A stretch of DNA of 37,342 nucleotides from an actinobacterium acAMD-2 (GTDB lineage: Bacteria; Actinomycetota; Actinomycetes; UBA12327), in assembly GCA_000754455.1 (NCBI GenBank), contig JNSE01000029.1, positions 1 to 37,342 on the forward strand, written 5' to 3'. This document shows positions 1-8,937 of the stretch, piece after piece. The notes beneath the pieces are model-generated. The model ran no database searches, was not told where the DNA came from, and worked only from the letters and a program-made list of their open reading frames with translations. Positions within the stretch are counted from its first letter, which is position 1. Each line of letters opens with the position of its first letter. A program made the position numbers and the translations under genes.

Positions 1-512
1 GAATTGTTCGCTCTTTCCAAAATGCGCTGCTGTTTCCCACGTTGACCGTCTATCAGGCTGTTGAGTTAAGCCATGGTCGAGGTCGCTCGGCGGGGTTGAC
101 CGTTCCAGAGCTGTTAGAACTTGCTGGCTTGAGCGAGTTTGCGGATACCTTGATTTCTGATCTACCCACCGGTGTGCGTCGGGTAACGGAACTGACGTGC
201 GACATCACCTTGACGCCTGAGCTGATCTTGCTCGACGAGCCCTCGGCTGGAATCGCTCACTCGGAGATTCCCGCCTTGGCCAAGTGGATTCGCGCTCTTC
301 GTGAGGATCTGCATATGACGGTCTTGGTCGTTGACCACGATATGAATCTCTTGCGTTCGGTGTGTGATGAGTTTGTCGCCATGGATCTGGGACAAGTTAT
401 TGCGCGCGGCACTGCGGACGAAGTGGCTGCCAATCCGAAGGTGATCGAGGCCTTCCTCGGCACCAGTGTGGCTGCGGTGGAACGGTCGGCTGTCGCAACT
501 GTTGCTGAGTAG
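1..512 (+). CDS. Branched-chain amino acid-type ABC transporter ATP-binding domain (LivG-like), 5'-truncated by the window edge
   Basis: Frame is open from base 3 (IVRSFQNALLFPTLTV, LivG Q-loop-like). Walker B LILLDEPSAG, H-loop VDHDM and the C-terminal NPKVIEAFLG typical of LivG. Confidence 0.8.
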   Translation, partial: IVRSFQNALLFPTLTVYQAVELSHGRGRSAGLTVPELLELAGLSEFADTLISDLPTGVRRVTELTCDITLTPELILLDEPSAGIAHSEIPALAKWIRALREDLHMTVLVVDHDMNLLRSVCDEFVAMDLGQVIARGTADEVAANPKVIEAFLGTSVAAVERSAVATVAE

Positions 513-641
513 AACGGGCCCCGCTGGCTGGGCGCTTAAAAATCGCCTCGGCGAGCCACGGGTCGGCCTTTCGCGGTAGCCTGAAGCCACTAGATCTGCT
601 TCCTCACGAGCAAGGGGGGATGGGGCTTAGGCCTTTTTCCT

Positions 642-2609
642 ATGGATATCAAGCGCATTCTTCGTGGTCCGATTGTCTGGATTGGCGTGGCCATCTTGGT
701 GGCCTTGCTGGCCGGTCAATTTATTTCCTCTGCCTCGGCACCTAAGAAGGTGGACACATCCGCGATCATCGCCTCGATCACCAAGGGCGATGCCAAGTCG
801 GCCACGATTGTTGATCGTGAGCAGCGTATTGAGATCGTGCTTAAAAATGGAGACAAGAAGCAATCTCAGTACGTGACAGGTCAGGGTGTGGAGTTGCAGC
901 AGCTCCTACAGACCAAGGTTGATGGTGGGCAACTCAGTGGCGGCTACAACATCAAGGTGCCTAAAGACAATGTCTTAATTTCTCTCCTTGCCACGTTGCT
1001 CCCCATAGCGATCATCGTTTTCTTGCTGTTCTTCTTCATGAACCAAGTGCAAGGTGGCGGATCCAAGGTCATGAACTTTGGTAAGTCCAAGGCCAAGATG
1101 ATGTCTAAGGACACCCCGCAGACCACGTTTGCTGATGTGGCTGGTGCGGACGAAGCCATTGAGGAACTAGAAGAGATCCGAGACTTTCTTACCGACCCTG
1201 CTCGTTACCAAGCCGTAGGCGCCAAGATCCCCAAGGGAGTATTGCTTTACGGCCCGCCCGGAACTGGAAAGACGCTGCTCGCCCGCGCTGTTGCTGGTGA
1301 AGCCGGCGTACCGTTCTATACGATTTCTGGTTCGGACTTTGTCGAAATGTTTGTCGGTGTTGGAGCATCACGAGTGCGCGACCTCTTCGAACAAGCAAAA
1401 GAAAACGCTCCCGCCATCATTTTCATTGATGAAATTGATGCGGTCGGTCGGCACCGTGGCGCAGGTCTGGGTGGTGGCCATGACGAGCGCGAGCAGACCC
1501 TGAACCAAATGTTGGTTGAGATGGACGGATTTGATGACAAGGGCACGGTCATTTTGATCGCGGCTACGAACCGACCTGACATCTTGGACCCAGCGTTGCT
1601 ACGTCCAGGCCGCTTTGACCGACAGATTGCCGTTGATCGCCCTGACCTGCAGGGACGCGCCGACATTTTGACGGTGCATGCCAAGGGCAAGCCCATTGAG
1701 CCCGAGGTGGACATGCTCGGTGTGGCTCGCCGAACCCCAGGCTTTACCGGTGCCGACCTAGCTAACGTCCTGAACGAGGCGGCCTTGTTGACGGCACGCC
1801 ATCACCTGACCATGGTGAATAAGGAATCCATGGATGAGGCCATCGACCGTGTTATTGCCGGTCCGCAAAAGCATTCCCGCGTGATGAGCGATCACGAGAA
1901 GTCGATCACTGCGTATCACGAAGGTGGCCACGCTCTGGTCGCCGCGGCATTGCAGAACACCGACCCAGTGCACAAGGTGACCATCTTGCCGCGCGGTCGT
2001 GCCTTGGGTTACACGATGGTGTTGCCCGACCAAGAAAAGTATTCAACAACGCGCAACGAAATGTTGGATCAGTTGGCGTACATGCTCGGTGGCCGGGCTG
2101 CCGAGGAATTGGTTTTCCACGACCCCACTACTGGGGCGTCAAATGACATTGAGAAAGCTACCTCTGTTGCTCGCGCCATGGTGACGCAATACGGCATGAC
2201 TGAGCGTCTGGGCGCCATTAAGTTTGGCCAGGAATCCGGTGAGGTGTTCTTGGGCCGCGACATGGGGCACCAACGGGACTATTCAGAGGCTGTAGCCGGC
2301 GTTATTGACGAAGAGGTGCGGCACTTGATCAATCAAGCCCACACGGAAGCCTACGAAATCCTGGTTGATAACCGCGACGTCCTCGATCGCCTGGTCCTTG
2401 AGCTGTTGGAAAAAGAAACGTTGGACAAGGAGCAAGTCGCGGAAATCTTTACCGATATCCGGAAGCGATCTGAGCGACCGAAGTGGACTGGATCCACTGA
2501 GCGCATCCCGGCAGCTGGGCCAATCTCCGTTCCCGCGAAGGTGAATGGCTCGGGATCTGTGCAGGTGGCTCACAACGATGTCACCTCTCACGACAAGCCC
2601 ACGGACTAA
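642..2609 (+). CDS. ftsH: ATP-dependent zinc metalloprotease FtsH
   Basis: Two N-terminal TM helices, Walker A GPPGTGKT, Walker [36 protein letters not shown] zinc motif. Confidence 0.99.
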   Translation: MDIKRILRGPIVWIGVAILVALLAGQFISSASAPKKVDTSAIIASITKGDAKSATIVDREQRIEIVLKNGDKKQSQYVTGQGVELQQLLQTKVDGGQLSGGYNIKVPKDNVLISLLATLLPIAIIVFLLFFFMNQVQGGGSKVMNFGKSKAKMMSKDTPQTTFADVAGADEAIEELEEIRDFLTDPARYQAVGAKIPKGVLLYGPPGTGKTLLARAVAGEAGVPFYTISGSDFVEMFVGVGASRVRDLFEQAKENAPAIIFIDEIDAVGRHRGAGLGGGHDEREQTLNQMLVEMDGFDDKGTVILIAATNRPDILDPALLRPGRFDRQIAVDRPDLQGRADILTVHAKGKPIEPEVDMLGVARRTPGFTGADLANVLNEAALLTARHHLTMVNKESMDEAIDRVIAGPQKHSRVMSDHEKSITAYHEGGHALVAAALQNTDPVHKVTILPRGRALGYTMVLPDQEKYSTTRNEMLDQLAYMLGGRAAEELVFHDPTTGASNDIEKATSVARAMVTQYGMTERLGAIKFGQESGEVFLGRDMGHQRDYSEAVAGVIDEEVRHLINQAHTEAYEILVDNRDVLDRLVLELLEKETLDKEQVAEIFTDIRKRSERPKWTGSTERIPAAGPISVPAKVNGSGSVQVAHNDVTSHDKPTD

Positions 2610-2614
2610 TCCTC

Positions 2615-3256
2615 ATGACTGATCGTCTCGTGGAGCAAGCCGCTTCCATTGATCCGGTAACCGACCTGGTCAGTGATTTTCGAGATGTTCCGGCTTTTGA
2701 TCAAGAGCGTGCCGAGAAGGCAGTTCGTGAATTGCTTCTCGCTGTGGGTGAGGACCCAGATCGTGATGGGTTGTTGGACACGCCGGCCCGCGTTGCTCGC
2801 GCCTACCAGGAACTTTTCGCCGGTATGCACCAAAAGCCGGAGGATGTTTTAGCAACTACCTTTGACCTGGGTCACCATGAATTAGTCATCGTGAAAGATA
2901 TTGAGTTGTATTCGACATGTGAGCACCACTTAGTGCCGTTTTTCGGCCGTGCGCATGTGGGCTACCTGCCTAATGCTGAGGGTCGCATCACGGGCTTGTC
3001 GAAACTGGCTCGATTGGTGGATGTATTCGCTAAGCGCCCCCAAGTTCAAGAACGGCTCACGTCTCAAGTTGCTGATTCGTTGATGCGGGTTCTCGCGCCA
3101 GAGGGCGTGATCGTTGTTGTCGAGTGTGAGCACCTGTGCATGTCTATGCGGGGCATTCGCAAGCCAGGAGCTACGACGATCACGAGTGCTGTTCGTGGTG
3201 TCTTCGCCGACCCTGCGCTTCGTTCCGAGGCCATGACCTTGATCCGTGGTCACTGA
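2615..3256 (+). CDS. folE: GTP cyclohydrolase I
   Basis: [32 protein letters not shown] and HLCMSMRG motifs; lies directly after ftsH. Confidence 0.98.
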   Translation: MTDRLVEQAASIDPVTDLVSDFRDVPAFDQERAEKAVRELLLAVGEDPDRDGLLDTPARVARAYQELFAGMHQKPEDVLATTFDLGHHELVIVKDIELYSTCEHHLVPFFGRAHVGYLPNAEGRITGLSKLARLVDVFAKRPQVQERLTSQVADSLMRVLAPEGVIVVVECEHLCMSMRGIRKPGATTITSAVRGVFADPALRSEAMTLIRGH

Positions 3257-4133
3257 TTCAGCTGTTGTTGTGAGGCATCCCAAAGGTTTACCTGCTGAGT
3301 TGAGCCAACTCCCGCGCACGTTGGTGGTGGGTGTGCTGAATGTGACACCGGATTCATTCAGCGATGGCGGCCACTATCTCGATCCGCAGCAAGCTATCGA
3401 GCATGGCCTTGAGTTGGTATCGCAGGGCGCTGACATCGTTGATGTGGGCGGCGAGTCCACCCGCCCAGGTGCCACTGCGATCGATAGCGAAACTGAATTG
3501 TCACGAGTGATCGAGGTTGTCATGGGTTTAGCCAGTGAAGGCATCCCGGTCAGCATCGATACTCGCCGATCGCAGGTGGCTGAACGTGCCCTAGAAGCCG
3601 GCGCTGTCTTGGTGAACGATGTCAGCGGTGGTCGTGGTGATGGGGCGATGTGGCCATTGATGGCCTCGGTCCACGTGCCCTATGTCCTGATGCATAACCG
3701 AGGCGAAGGTGCGAGCCAGGACAGTCTCGCCAACTATGGGGATGTGCTTGCTGAAGTTAAGCGGGAACTCTTTGAGCAGGTTGAGGCAGCTATTGCAGCC
3801 GGAGTAGATGAATCACGCATAGTTTTGGACCCAGGGATCGGTTTTGCAAAAAGAGCTGAACACAATTGGCCGCTTGTTCATCAAAGTGCCCTGGACGACA
3901 TGGCGTTGTGGGGATTTCCGGTTTTGCTGGGTGCCTCTCGCAAACGTTTTCTCGGCGTGCACGAGACAGGTGAGCCGCGAATCGATGATTCCATGGACAC
4001 TCGTGACGCGTTGACTGTCGAACTGACTCAACGAGCAGTGTCGTCAGGCCTTTGGGCTGTAAGAGTGCATCGCGTAGAGGCGAATGTGGCGGTGGTCAAC
4101 TCGTCTAGAGTGAGGTCAGAGGAGGCGCCATGA
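3246..4133 (+). CDS. folP: Dihydropteroate synthase
   Basis: [38 protein letters not shown] motifs. Exact start uncertain. Confidence 0.96.
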   Translation: MVTDSAVVVRHPKGLPAELSQLPRTLVVGVLNVTPDSFSDGGHYLDPQQAIEHGLELVSQGADIVDVGGESTRPGATAIDSETELSRVIEVVMGLASEGIPVSIDTRRSQVAERALEAGAVLVNDVSGGRGDGAMWPLMASVHVPYVLMHNRGEGASQDSLANYGDVLAEVKRELFEQVEAAIAAGVDESRIVLDPGIGFAKRAEHNWPLVHQSALDDMALWGFPVLLGASRKRFLGVHETGEPRIDDSMDTRDALTVELTQRAVSSGLWAVRVHRVEANVAVVNSSRVRSEEAP

Positions 4134-4492
4134 CGGACATCATTGCTTTAACCGGTCTGCGGGCCTTCGGATATCACGGTGTCCTAGCCGAAGAGAAAGC
4201 AACAGGTCAGGAATTCGTTGTTGATCTGGCCTTGCATGTTGATACTGCTCGCGCTGCACGTACCGACGACCTAGCGGACACCGTTGATTATGGAGCACTG
4301 GCCCATGCCGTTGTCGCTGTCATTGAGGGTGAGCCGGTGGAGCTGATTGAGACGTTGGCGCAACGTATTGCTGATGTGGTGTTGATCGACACACGCGTTT
4401 CTACGGTCAACGTGGTGTTGCATAAACCCACGGCACCTATTCCGTTTGCTTTTTCCGATGTGCGCGTGGAGATTGAACGCTCGCAGCCATGA
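4130..4492 (+). CDS. folB: Dihydroneopterin aldolase
   Basis: GYHGV..EK..GQEFVVD, DDLADTVDY, LIETLA, HKP motifs; ATGA overlap with folP. Confidence 0.96.
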   Translation: MTDIIALTGLRAFGYHGVLAEEKATGQEFVVDLALHVDTARAARTDDLADTVDYGALAHAVVAVIEGEPVELIETLAQRIADVVLIDTRVSTVNVVLHKPTAPIPFAFSDVRVEIERSQP

Positions 4493-4998
4493 CACATCAC
4501 GTGGTGTTAAGTCTGGGTGCCAACCTCGGCGATCCGTTGGGCGCTTTGACGTCAGCGTTGGAGGCACTGGCGCAGACGGAGGGCGTGGAGGTGCTGGCAA
4601 CATCAAGTTTCTACGGCACAGCACCCATCGGTGGCCCAGATCAACCTGACTACATCAACGCCGTTGCTGTGCTGGAGACCACGTTGGCACCGATGGCGAT
4701 CCTTGACCTTGCTCACCGGATAGAAGCCGACCATGACCGAGTCCGGCAGGAGAGATGGGGGCCGCGCACCCTAGATATCGATTTGGTGGTTTACGACGAT
4801 GTGGTCAGTGAAGATCCCACGTTGACGATTCCCCACCCGCGGGCGCATCAACGCGCGTTCGTCCTGGTTCCATGGCACGAACTTGAACCCGACGCGGTGC
4901 TCGCGACTTTTGGCCCAATCGCTGATTTGATAGAGCATGTGAAGGATCAAGAAATTGCGGTTGTGGCAACGCCACATCACCCAGGCTCTACTCAATGA
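4489..4998 (+). CDS. folK: 2-amino-4-hydroxy-6-hydroxymethyldihydropteridine diphosphokinase
   Basis: LSLGANLGD, YINAV, RWGPRTLDIDL, PHPRAHQRAFVLVP motifs. Confidence 0.97.
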   Translation: MTHHVVLSLGANLGDPLGALTSALEALAQTEGVEVLATSSFYGTAPIGGPDQPDYINAVAVLETTLAPMAILDLAHRIEADHDRVRQERWGPRTLDIDLVVYDDVVSEDPTLTIPHPRAHQRAFVLVPWHELEPDAVLATFGPIADLIEHVKDQEIAVVATPHHPGSTQ

Positions 4999-5471
4999 AG
5001 CTCACCACCTGGCGTGACCTCTTAGGACCATTTTTGGTTTCCAGTGCTGTGAGCCTTGCGGTGTTTCGCGTTATTGGTGCACTGACGAGCACGGTTCCCA
5101 ATGTCCCCATCGCCGCTGTGTTCACAATGCTGGGTGTCAGCGTGGCATTCGGCATATTGACGTTAGTAGTTAGACCGCGGTTGAAACTCAGCCCCGGTCG
5201 TGAACCTCTTGACTCCCTGACAGCCGGCCGAGTAGTGGCCTTGGCATTTGCGAGCTCTCGCGCAGGTGTGGTGATCGGTGGAATTTTCGTTGGTTGGTTG
5301 GCAGCTGGATGGTTTGCCGACGCCTTGAACACACCGTTTGCTAAAACCCGTGCCTTGCACGCCGTTCTTTGCATTGTGCTCTCAGCAGCATTGGTCGCCA
5401 TTGGAGTGATTCTCGAGAGAGCGTGTGTTGTGCGGGTCCCGCGCGACGACAATGACCAACCCAAGGCATAA
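4995..5471 (+). CDS. DUF3180-like integral membrane protein
   Basis: Four hydrophobic segments and a C-terminal LERAC.VP motif; sits after folK, as in other actinobacteria. Confidence 0.8.
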   Translation: MKLTTWRDLLGPFLVSSAVSLAVFRVIGALTSTVPNVPIAAVFTMLGVSVAFGILTLVVRPRLKLSPGREPLDSLTAGRVVALAFASSRAGVVIGGIFVGWLAAGWFADALNTPFAKTRALHAVLCIVLSAALVAIGVILERACVVRVPRDDNDQPKA

Positions 5472-5480
5472 GGTTTAAGC

Positions 5481-5771
5481 GTGACTGACAACCAAGCCCT
5501 TGAAGACCTGCCCTACATTGAACTTCGCGACAAGGCTTTTGACCTTGCTCGCGAGCGTCACGACCTCAAGTTCTTCCTTGAGTTGATGAATCACACCCCA
5601 GCCGCCGCTGCGATGGCAACTGAGGGCGGATCACTGGGTGAAATCAGCGGATCAATCGTGGAATCCATTGAGGCTGCTCGCGAAGCCTTCAGCGCAGATT
5701 CGGTGGGAGAGCTGGAGCCGTTGTTTGTGGCTCGATTTGCCACCTACATTCGAGAGCACACGTCTAAATAA
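5481..5771 (+). CDS. Small acidic hypothetical protein, probably leaderless
   Basis: 96-aa ORF with host-like codon usage. TAAGGT -10 hexamer (5469-5474) lies 6 nt before the GTG. Confidence 0.75.
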   Translation: MTDNQALEDLPYIELRDKAFDLARERHDLKFFLELMNHTPAAAAMATEGGSLGEISGSIVESIEAAREAFSADSVGELEPLFVARFATYIREHTSK

Positions 5772-5826
5772 CTGCGTCGACAATCTTCGCCGGATTCAGG
5801 CGTTGCAGTCGTTGTTCGCCCGGCAC

Positions 5827-6966
5827 CTACTTGTCGATGTCCCCGATGACGTAGACCATCGATTGCAAGAGTGGAACGAGGTCATCAATCGTGCAACCGG
5901 GAATGACCTGCGACAAAGCTTGTGCGTTGTTAAATGAAGCGGTCCGCATCTTTAAGCGCCATGGCATGGCCTTTCCTCGTGAGACGAGGTAATAGCCGCT
6001 AGTGCCCAGCGGCCCTTCGGTACTGACATACGTTGACCCCTCAGGTGCGCGCAACACCTTAGGAAGTTTGACGTTGACAGGTGCTCCGTTGAGTTCGTCA
6101 AGGTGCGGTAAGCAGGCATCAATCAGCGCAATGCTGAGCGTGAGGTGCTCAAACAAGCATTCATACCGTGCAAGGGCGTCACCGTCTGAACGTAAAACCG
6201 GTGTGAGGACTGACGAGAGTTCGCTATAGGCCAGGTAGGGGCTGCTACGACGTAAGTCAAGATCAACCCCAGTGGCGTGCGCAGCCACTCCGCTGACGCC
6301 AAAGTCAGCAACCGTGGATGCTGAGAGCACCCCCAGTCCCGTGAGTTGCGGTCCTAGGCGATCGAAAAGAACAGACTGCAAGTGCGGCAAAGTCTGACCC
6401 GCGAGATCAATCGCTTGCTTAACGTTTGTCGCCCAGGCCGGATCAACATCGGCCTTGAGACCTCCCACTTGATTCGCCATGAAGTGCAAACGCCCCCCGG
6501 TGGCCTGCTCCATGACCGCTTGAATGCCATCGCGGGCCTGCGAGGCAGGAGACGCACTCGCGAGATGAGGGTCTGGATACGCGACGGGGATGACGAAAGC
6601 GAGGTGGCTGAGCATTCGGTTGAGTTCATACATCGTGGTGCGCAACCACGTCGCCCGTTCGGGAACGCTCATGCCGATCAGTTGCTCAACAGCCAGAGCT
6701 ACTCCCACTTCACTAGCGAAGGCTCCGTGCCAGTCGTGGCGATTGGCTAGGCCGAGAATCTGTCGGTAATCGCGGGCTTCAAAGAGCTTTTCGGCGCCGC
6801 GATGCACATGGCCAATCAACGGCTGTGCGGATGCAATGCGATCACCGTCGAGACTGACTCGTAGGCGAATGAGTCCATGCGAGCTGGGGTGATGGGGACC
6901 TAATCGAAGTGCCAGATCTATGGCACCTGTTGGCGCAGTCGCTACATCGCCCACCGCAATGATCAT
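5827..6966 (-). CDS. nuoD: Orphan NADH-quinone oxidoreductase subunit D-like protein (NuoD2 type, complex I 49-kDa family)
   Basis: GPHHPSSHG (cf. GPQHPxxHG), HRGAEKL, EGPLG..GYY, WRLKMR and C-terminal GDIDK. ATG at 6966 chosen because the longer ORF overlaps the upstream gene. Confidence 0.88.
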   Translation of the reverse strand: MIIAVGDVATAPTGAIDLALRLGPHHPSSHGLIRLRVSLDGDRIASAQPLIGHVHRGAEKLFEARDYRQILGLANRHDWHGAFASEVGVALAVEQLIGMSVPERATWLRTTMYELNRMLSHLAFVIPVAYPDPHLASASPASQARDGIQAVMEQATGGRLHFMANQVGGLKADVDPAWATNVKQAIDLAGQTLPHLQSVLFDRLGPQLTGLGVLSASTVADFGVSGVAAHATGVDLDLRRSSPYLAYSELSSVLTPVLRSDGDALARYECLFEHLTLSIALIDACLPHLDELNGAPVNVKLPKVLRAPEGSTYVSTEGPLGTSGYYLVSRGKAMPWRLKMRTASFNNAQALSQVIPGCTIDDLVPLLQSMVYVIGDIDK

Positions 6967-6970
6967 GGAG

Positions 6971-7963
6971 TTATCGTCCCATCCCAATGTGGTGAATGAG
7001 CCAGGTGAACGCGCCAAAGCCTTGGGTGTCTCGGGCCAGCTCTCGCTGGCTGTGTTGGGCGATGGCGACGAGCGCTTCGTGGGGTGATTGCGGTGTAGCC
7101 GACCGACCGAGGACGCCAAGTGCGTCTCGTTGACTCACCAGGACGGTGGTCACCGGAAGCGGGGCGCAGGCTTGTTCAGCGGCAACCGCACACGCATCAA
7201 GCGCGACGTGCGCGGTGATGTTCATTGAGCCATCCGGGACGGGTTGGCATGGGTATCCATGACGAAATCCAGTCAGTGTTCCCGGGGCGAAGGCGCCAAG
7301 AGATCGTTGCTCACGGGTGTGTGCGTAATCAATGGCGATAGCGATTCCAGTGGACACGCTTGACGCGATAACCGCCCAGACCTGATCGCGAGCAGCACCG
7401 ATTTCGACACGGCCACCCACCGATTGGTGTGGCCACCACCGGCTCACCCACTCACCATCGTTCGCGCTGATGGGTGCGCCAAGCTCCTCGTCACCAGTGG
7501 CTGGATTAACCATGACTTGGCGCAGAGTGAAGGACTCGTCGTATTGAGCAAGAGTGAGTGGAACATCGTCAAGAACTTCATGAGCAAAAATCAATCCACG
7601 AATGGACTCCGGCAGATGAGTGTCTACCGGCCCATGTATCCACTCAATGGTTGACGCGAGATGGGATGGGCGAGGGCGCAGTTCGATCACCCTGGCGCGA
7701 AAGGTGACAGTTGGATGCTGCTGTCCTGCGAGTGCGAGGACTTGAGCCATCAACGTGCCGTCGCCACCTCCGACCTCCCACACGTCTATGACGCCGAAAT
7801 ATCCGCCATCGTGTAGGTGCTCAACAACGTGGGTGAGGTGGTGAACCAATCCCTCGGCTACAGCCGTTGAGTGGCTAGGGGCGGTAGCGAAGTGATCAGC
7901 CGGCCATTCGCCCGAGTAGAACGTGTTAGCGGATCGTGTCCAGGCCTCTACCCACGGTTCCAT
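6971..7963 (-). CDS. SAM-dependent methyltransferase, MidA/NDUFAF7 family
   Basis: HFATAP, EVGGGDGTL (SAM motif I), AHEVLDDVP, AIDY and ITAHV motifs. Start is ATG 7963 or TTG 7975. Confidence 0.82.
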   Translation of the reverse strand: MEPWVEAWTRSANTFYSGEWPADHFATAPSHSTAVAEGLVHHLTHVVEHLHDGGYFGVIDVWEVGGGDGTLMAQVLALAGQQHPTVTFRARVIELRPRPSHLASTIEWIHGPVDTHLPESIRGLIFAHEVLDDVPLTLAQYDESFTLRQVMVNPATGDEELGAPISANDGEWVSRWWPHQSVGGRVEIGAARDQVWAVIASSVSTGIAIAIDYAHTREQRSLGAFAPGTLTGFRHGYPCQPVPDGSMNITAHVALDACAVAAEQACAPLPVTTVLVSQRDALGVLGRSATPQSPHEALVAIAQHSQRELARDTQGFGAFTWLIHHIGMGR

Positions 7964-7993
7964 GGGGCTATCCAACCGCTACCCTTGAGATGA

Positions 7994-8026
7994 TCGTCTG
8001 GTACCCGTCGCGGACTGGAACGGAGG
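7994..8026 (+). promoter_or_regulatory. Candidate cis-regulatory RNA hairpin with two bulged adenosines abutting the SD of the pan/nad operon
   Basis: TCGT-CTGGT-A-CC...GG-ACTGG-A-ACGG pairing. The base of the stem includes the first G residues of GGAGG (8022-8026). TACCCT -10 at 7980-7985. Confidence 0.5.
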
Positions 8027-8031
8027 CACTC

Positions 8032-8937
8032 ATGGACAACTCGCCCACACGGCCAGCTCGCTTGCGAGTGGGTCTGATTGGTGCGGGTCGGGCCGGCTCT
8101 GTTGTCACCGCTGCACTTGCGCGTGCGGGTCACCAGATTGTTGCCGTTTCTGCTGTTTCGGACAAGTCAAAGGCGCGTGCGGCACAGTTACTCCCGCAGG
8201 CGGTGGTGTGCGATCCGCTGGCTGTGTGCGAACAGGCCGAGCTCGTGGTCTTGGCCGTTCCCGATGACGCTCTTGCTGATCTTGTCTCTGGATTGGTTCG
8301 AGCCGGTGCAATCTCAGCGGGAAAGATTGTTGTTCACCTGAGCGGTCGCTTTGGCAGTGAAGTCCTTGCTCCGGCTCACGAGGTGGGTGCGCTCTGTGTC
8401 GCTTTACATCCAGCGATGACGCTGACGGGTGAGGCCTACGAGGTTGATCGGCTTGATGGGTGCCCATTCGGTATCAGCGCTTCTGAGGAATCACGACCGG
8501 TTGCCGAAGCACTGGTGGTGGAAATGGGCGGTGAACCGCAATGGATTGAACCCAACGCACGCGTGGTGTATCACGCTGCGTTATCCCACGCGTCTAATCA
8601 CCTCGTCACCCTTATCGCGCAGTCGCAGGACATGCTTGCCGAAGCCGGAATCGAAAACCCCGGACAGTTCCTTGGCCCACTCACCTCAGCCTCGCTCGAC
8701 AATGCGCTGCGATGGGGCGATGGGGCTCTAACTGGTCCGGTATCTCGTGGTGACGCCGCCACAGTGGCCTCGCACGTAAGTGGATTAGCTGAGGCTGCGC
8801 AGTCGGCGACACAACGAAGTGGTGTGGAGACCTACGTTGCCCTGGCTAAGGCCACGGCGATTCGAGCGGCTAGCAGTCAGCGCATTACCGCCGGTCAGGC
8901 CGACGCAGTTCTTGATGCTTTGGCATCAGATGACTAG
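8032..8937 (+). CDS. Rossmann-like and DUF2520 domain oxidoreductase (PanG-like putative ketopantoate reductase)
   Basis: GLIGAGRAG, LAVPDD, HPAMT, YHAAL.HASNH, LTGPVSRGD motifs. SD GGAGG before ATG 8032; upstream of panC. Confidence 0.85.
   Translation: MDNSPTRPARLRVGLIGAGRAGSVVTAALARAGHQIVAVSAVSDKSKARAAQLLPQAVVCDPLAVCEQAELVVLAVPDDALADLVSGLVRAGAISAGKIVVHLSGRFGSEVLAPAHEVGALCVALHPAMTLTGEAYEVDRLDGCPFGISASEESRPVAEALVVEMGGEPQWIEPNARVVYHAALSHASNHLVTLIAQSQDMLAEAGIENPGQFLGPLTSASLDNALRWGDGALTGPVSRGDAATVASHVSGLAEAAQSATQRSGVETYVALAKATAIRAASSQRITAGQADAVLDALASDD

Noticed and set aside
5827-6966. NiFe-hydrogenase large subunit interpretation
   Set aside because: No N- or C-terminal CxxC nickel ligands; the motifs match complex I subunit D.
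6967-7119. 51-aa N-terminal extension of the NuoD-like ORF
   Set aside because: It overlaps the methyltransferase in another frame; ATG 6966 gives a 4-bp intergenic gap and a normal length.
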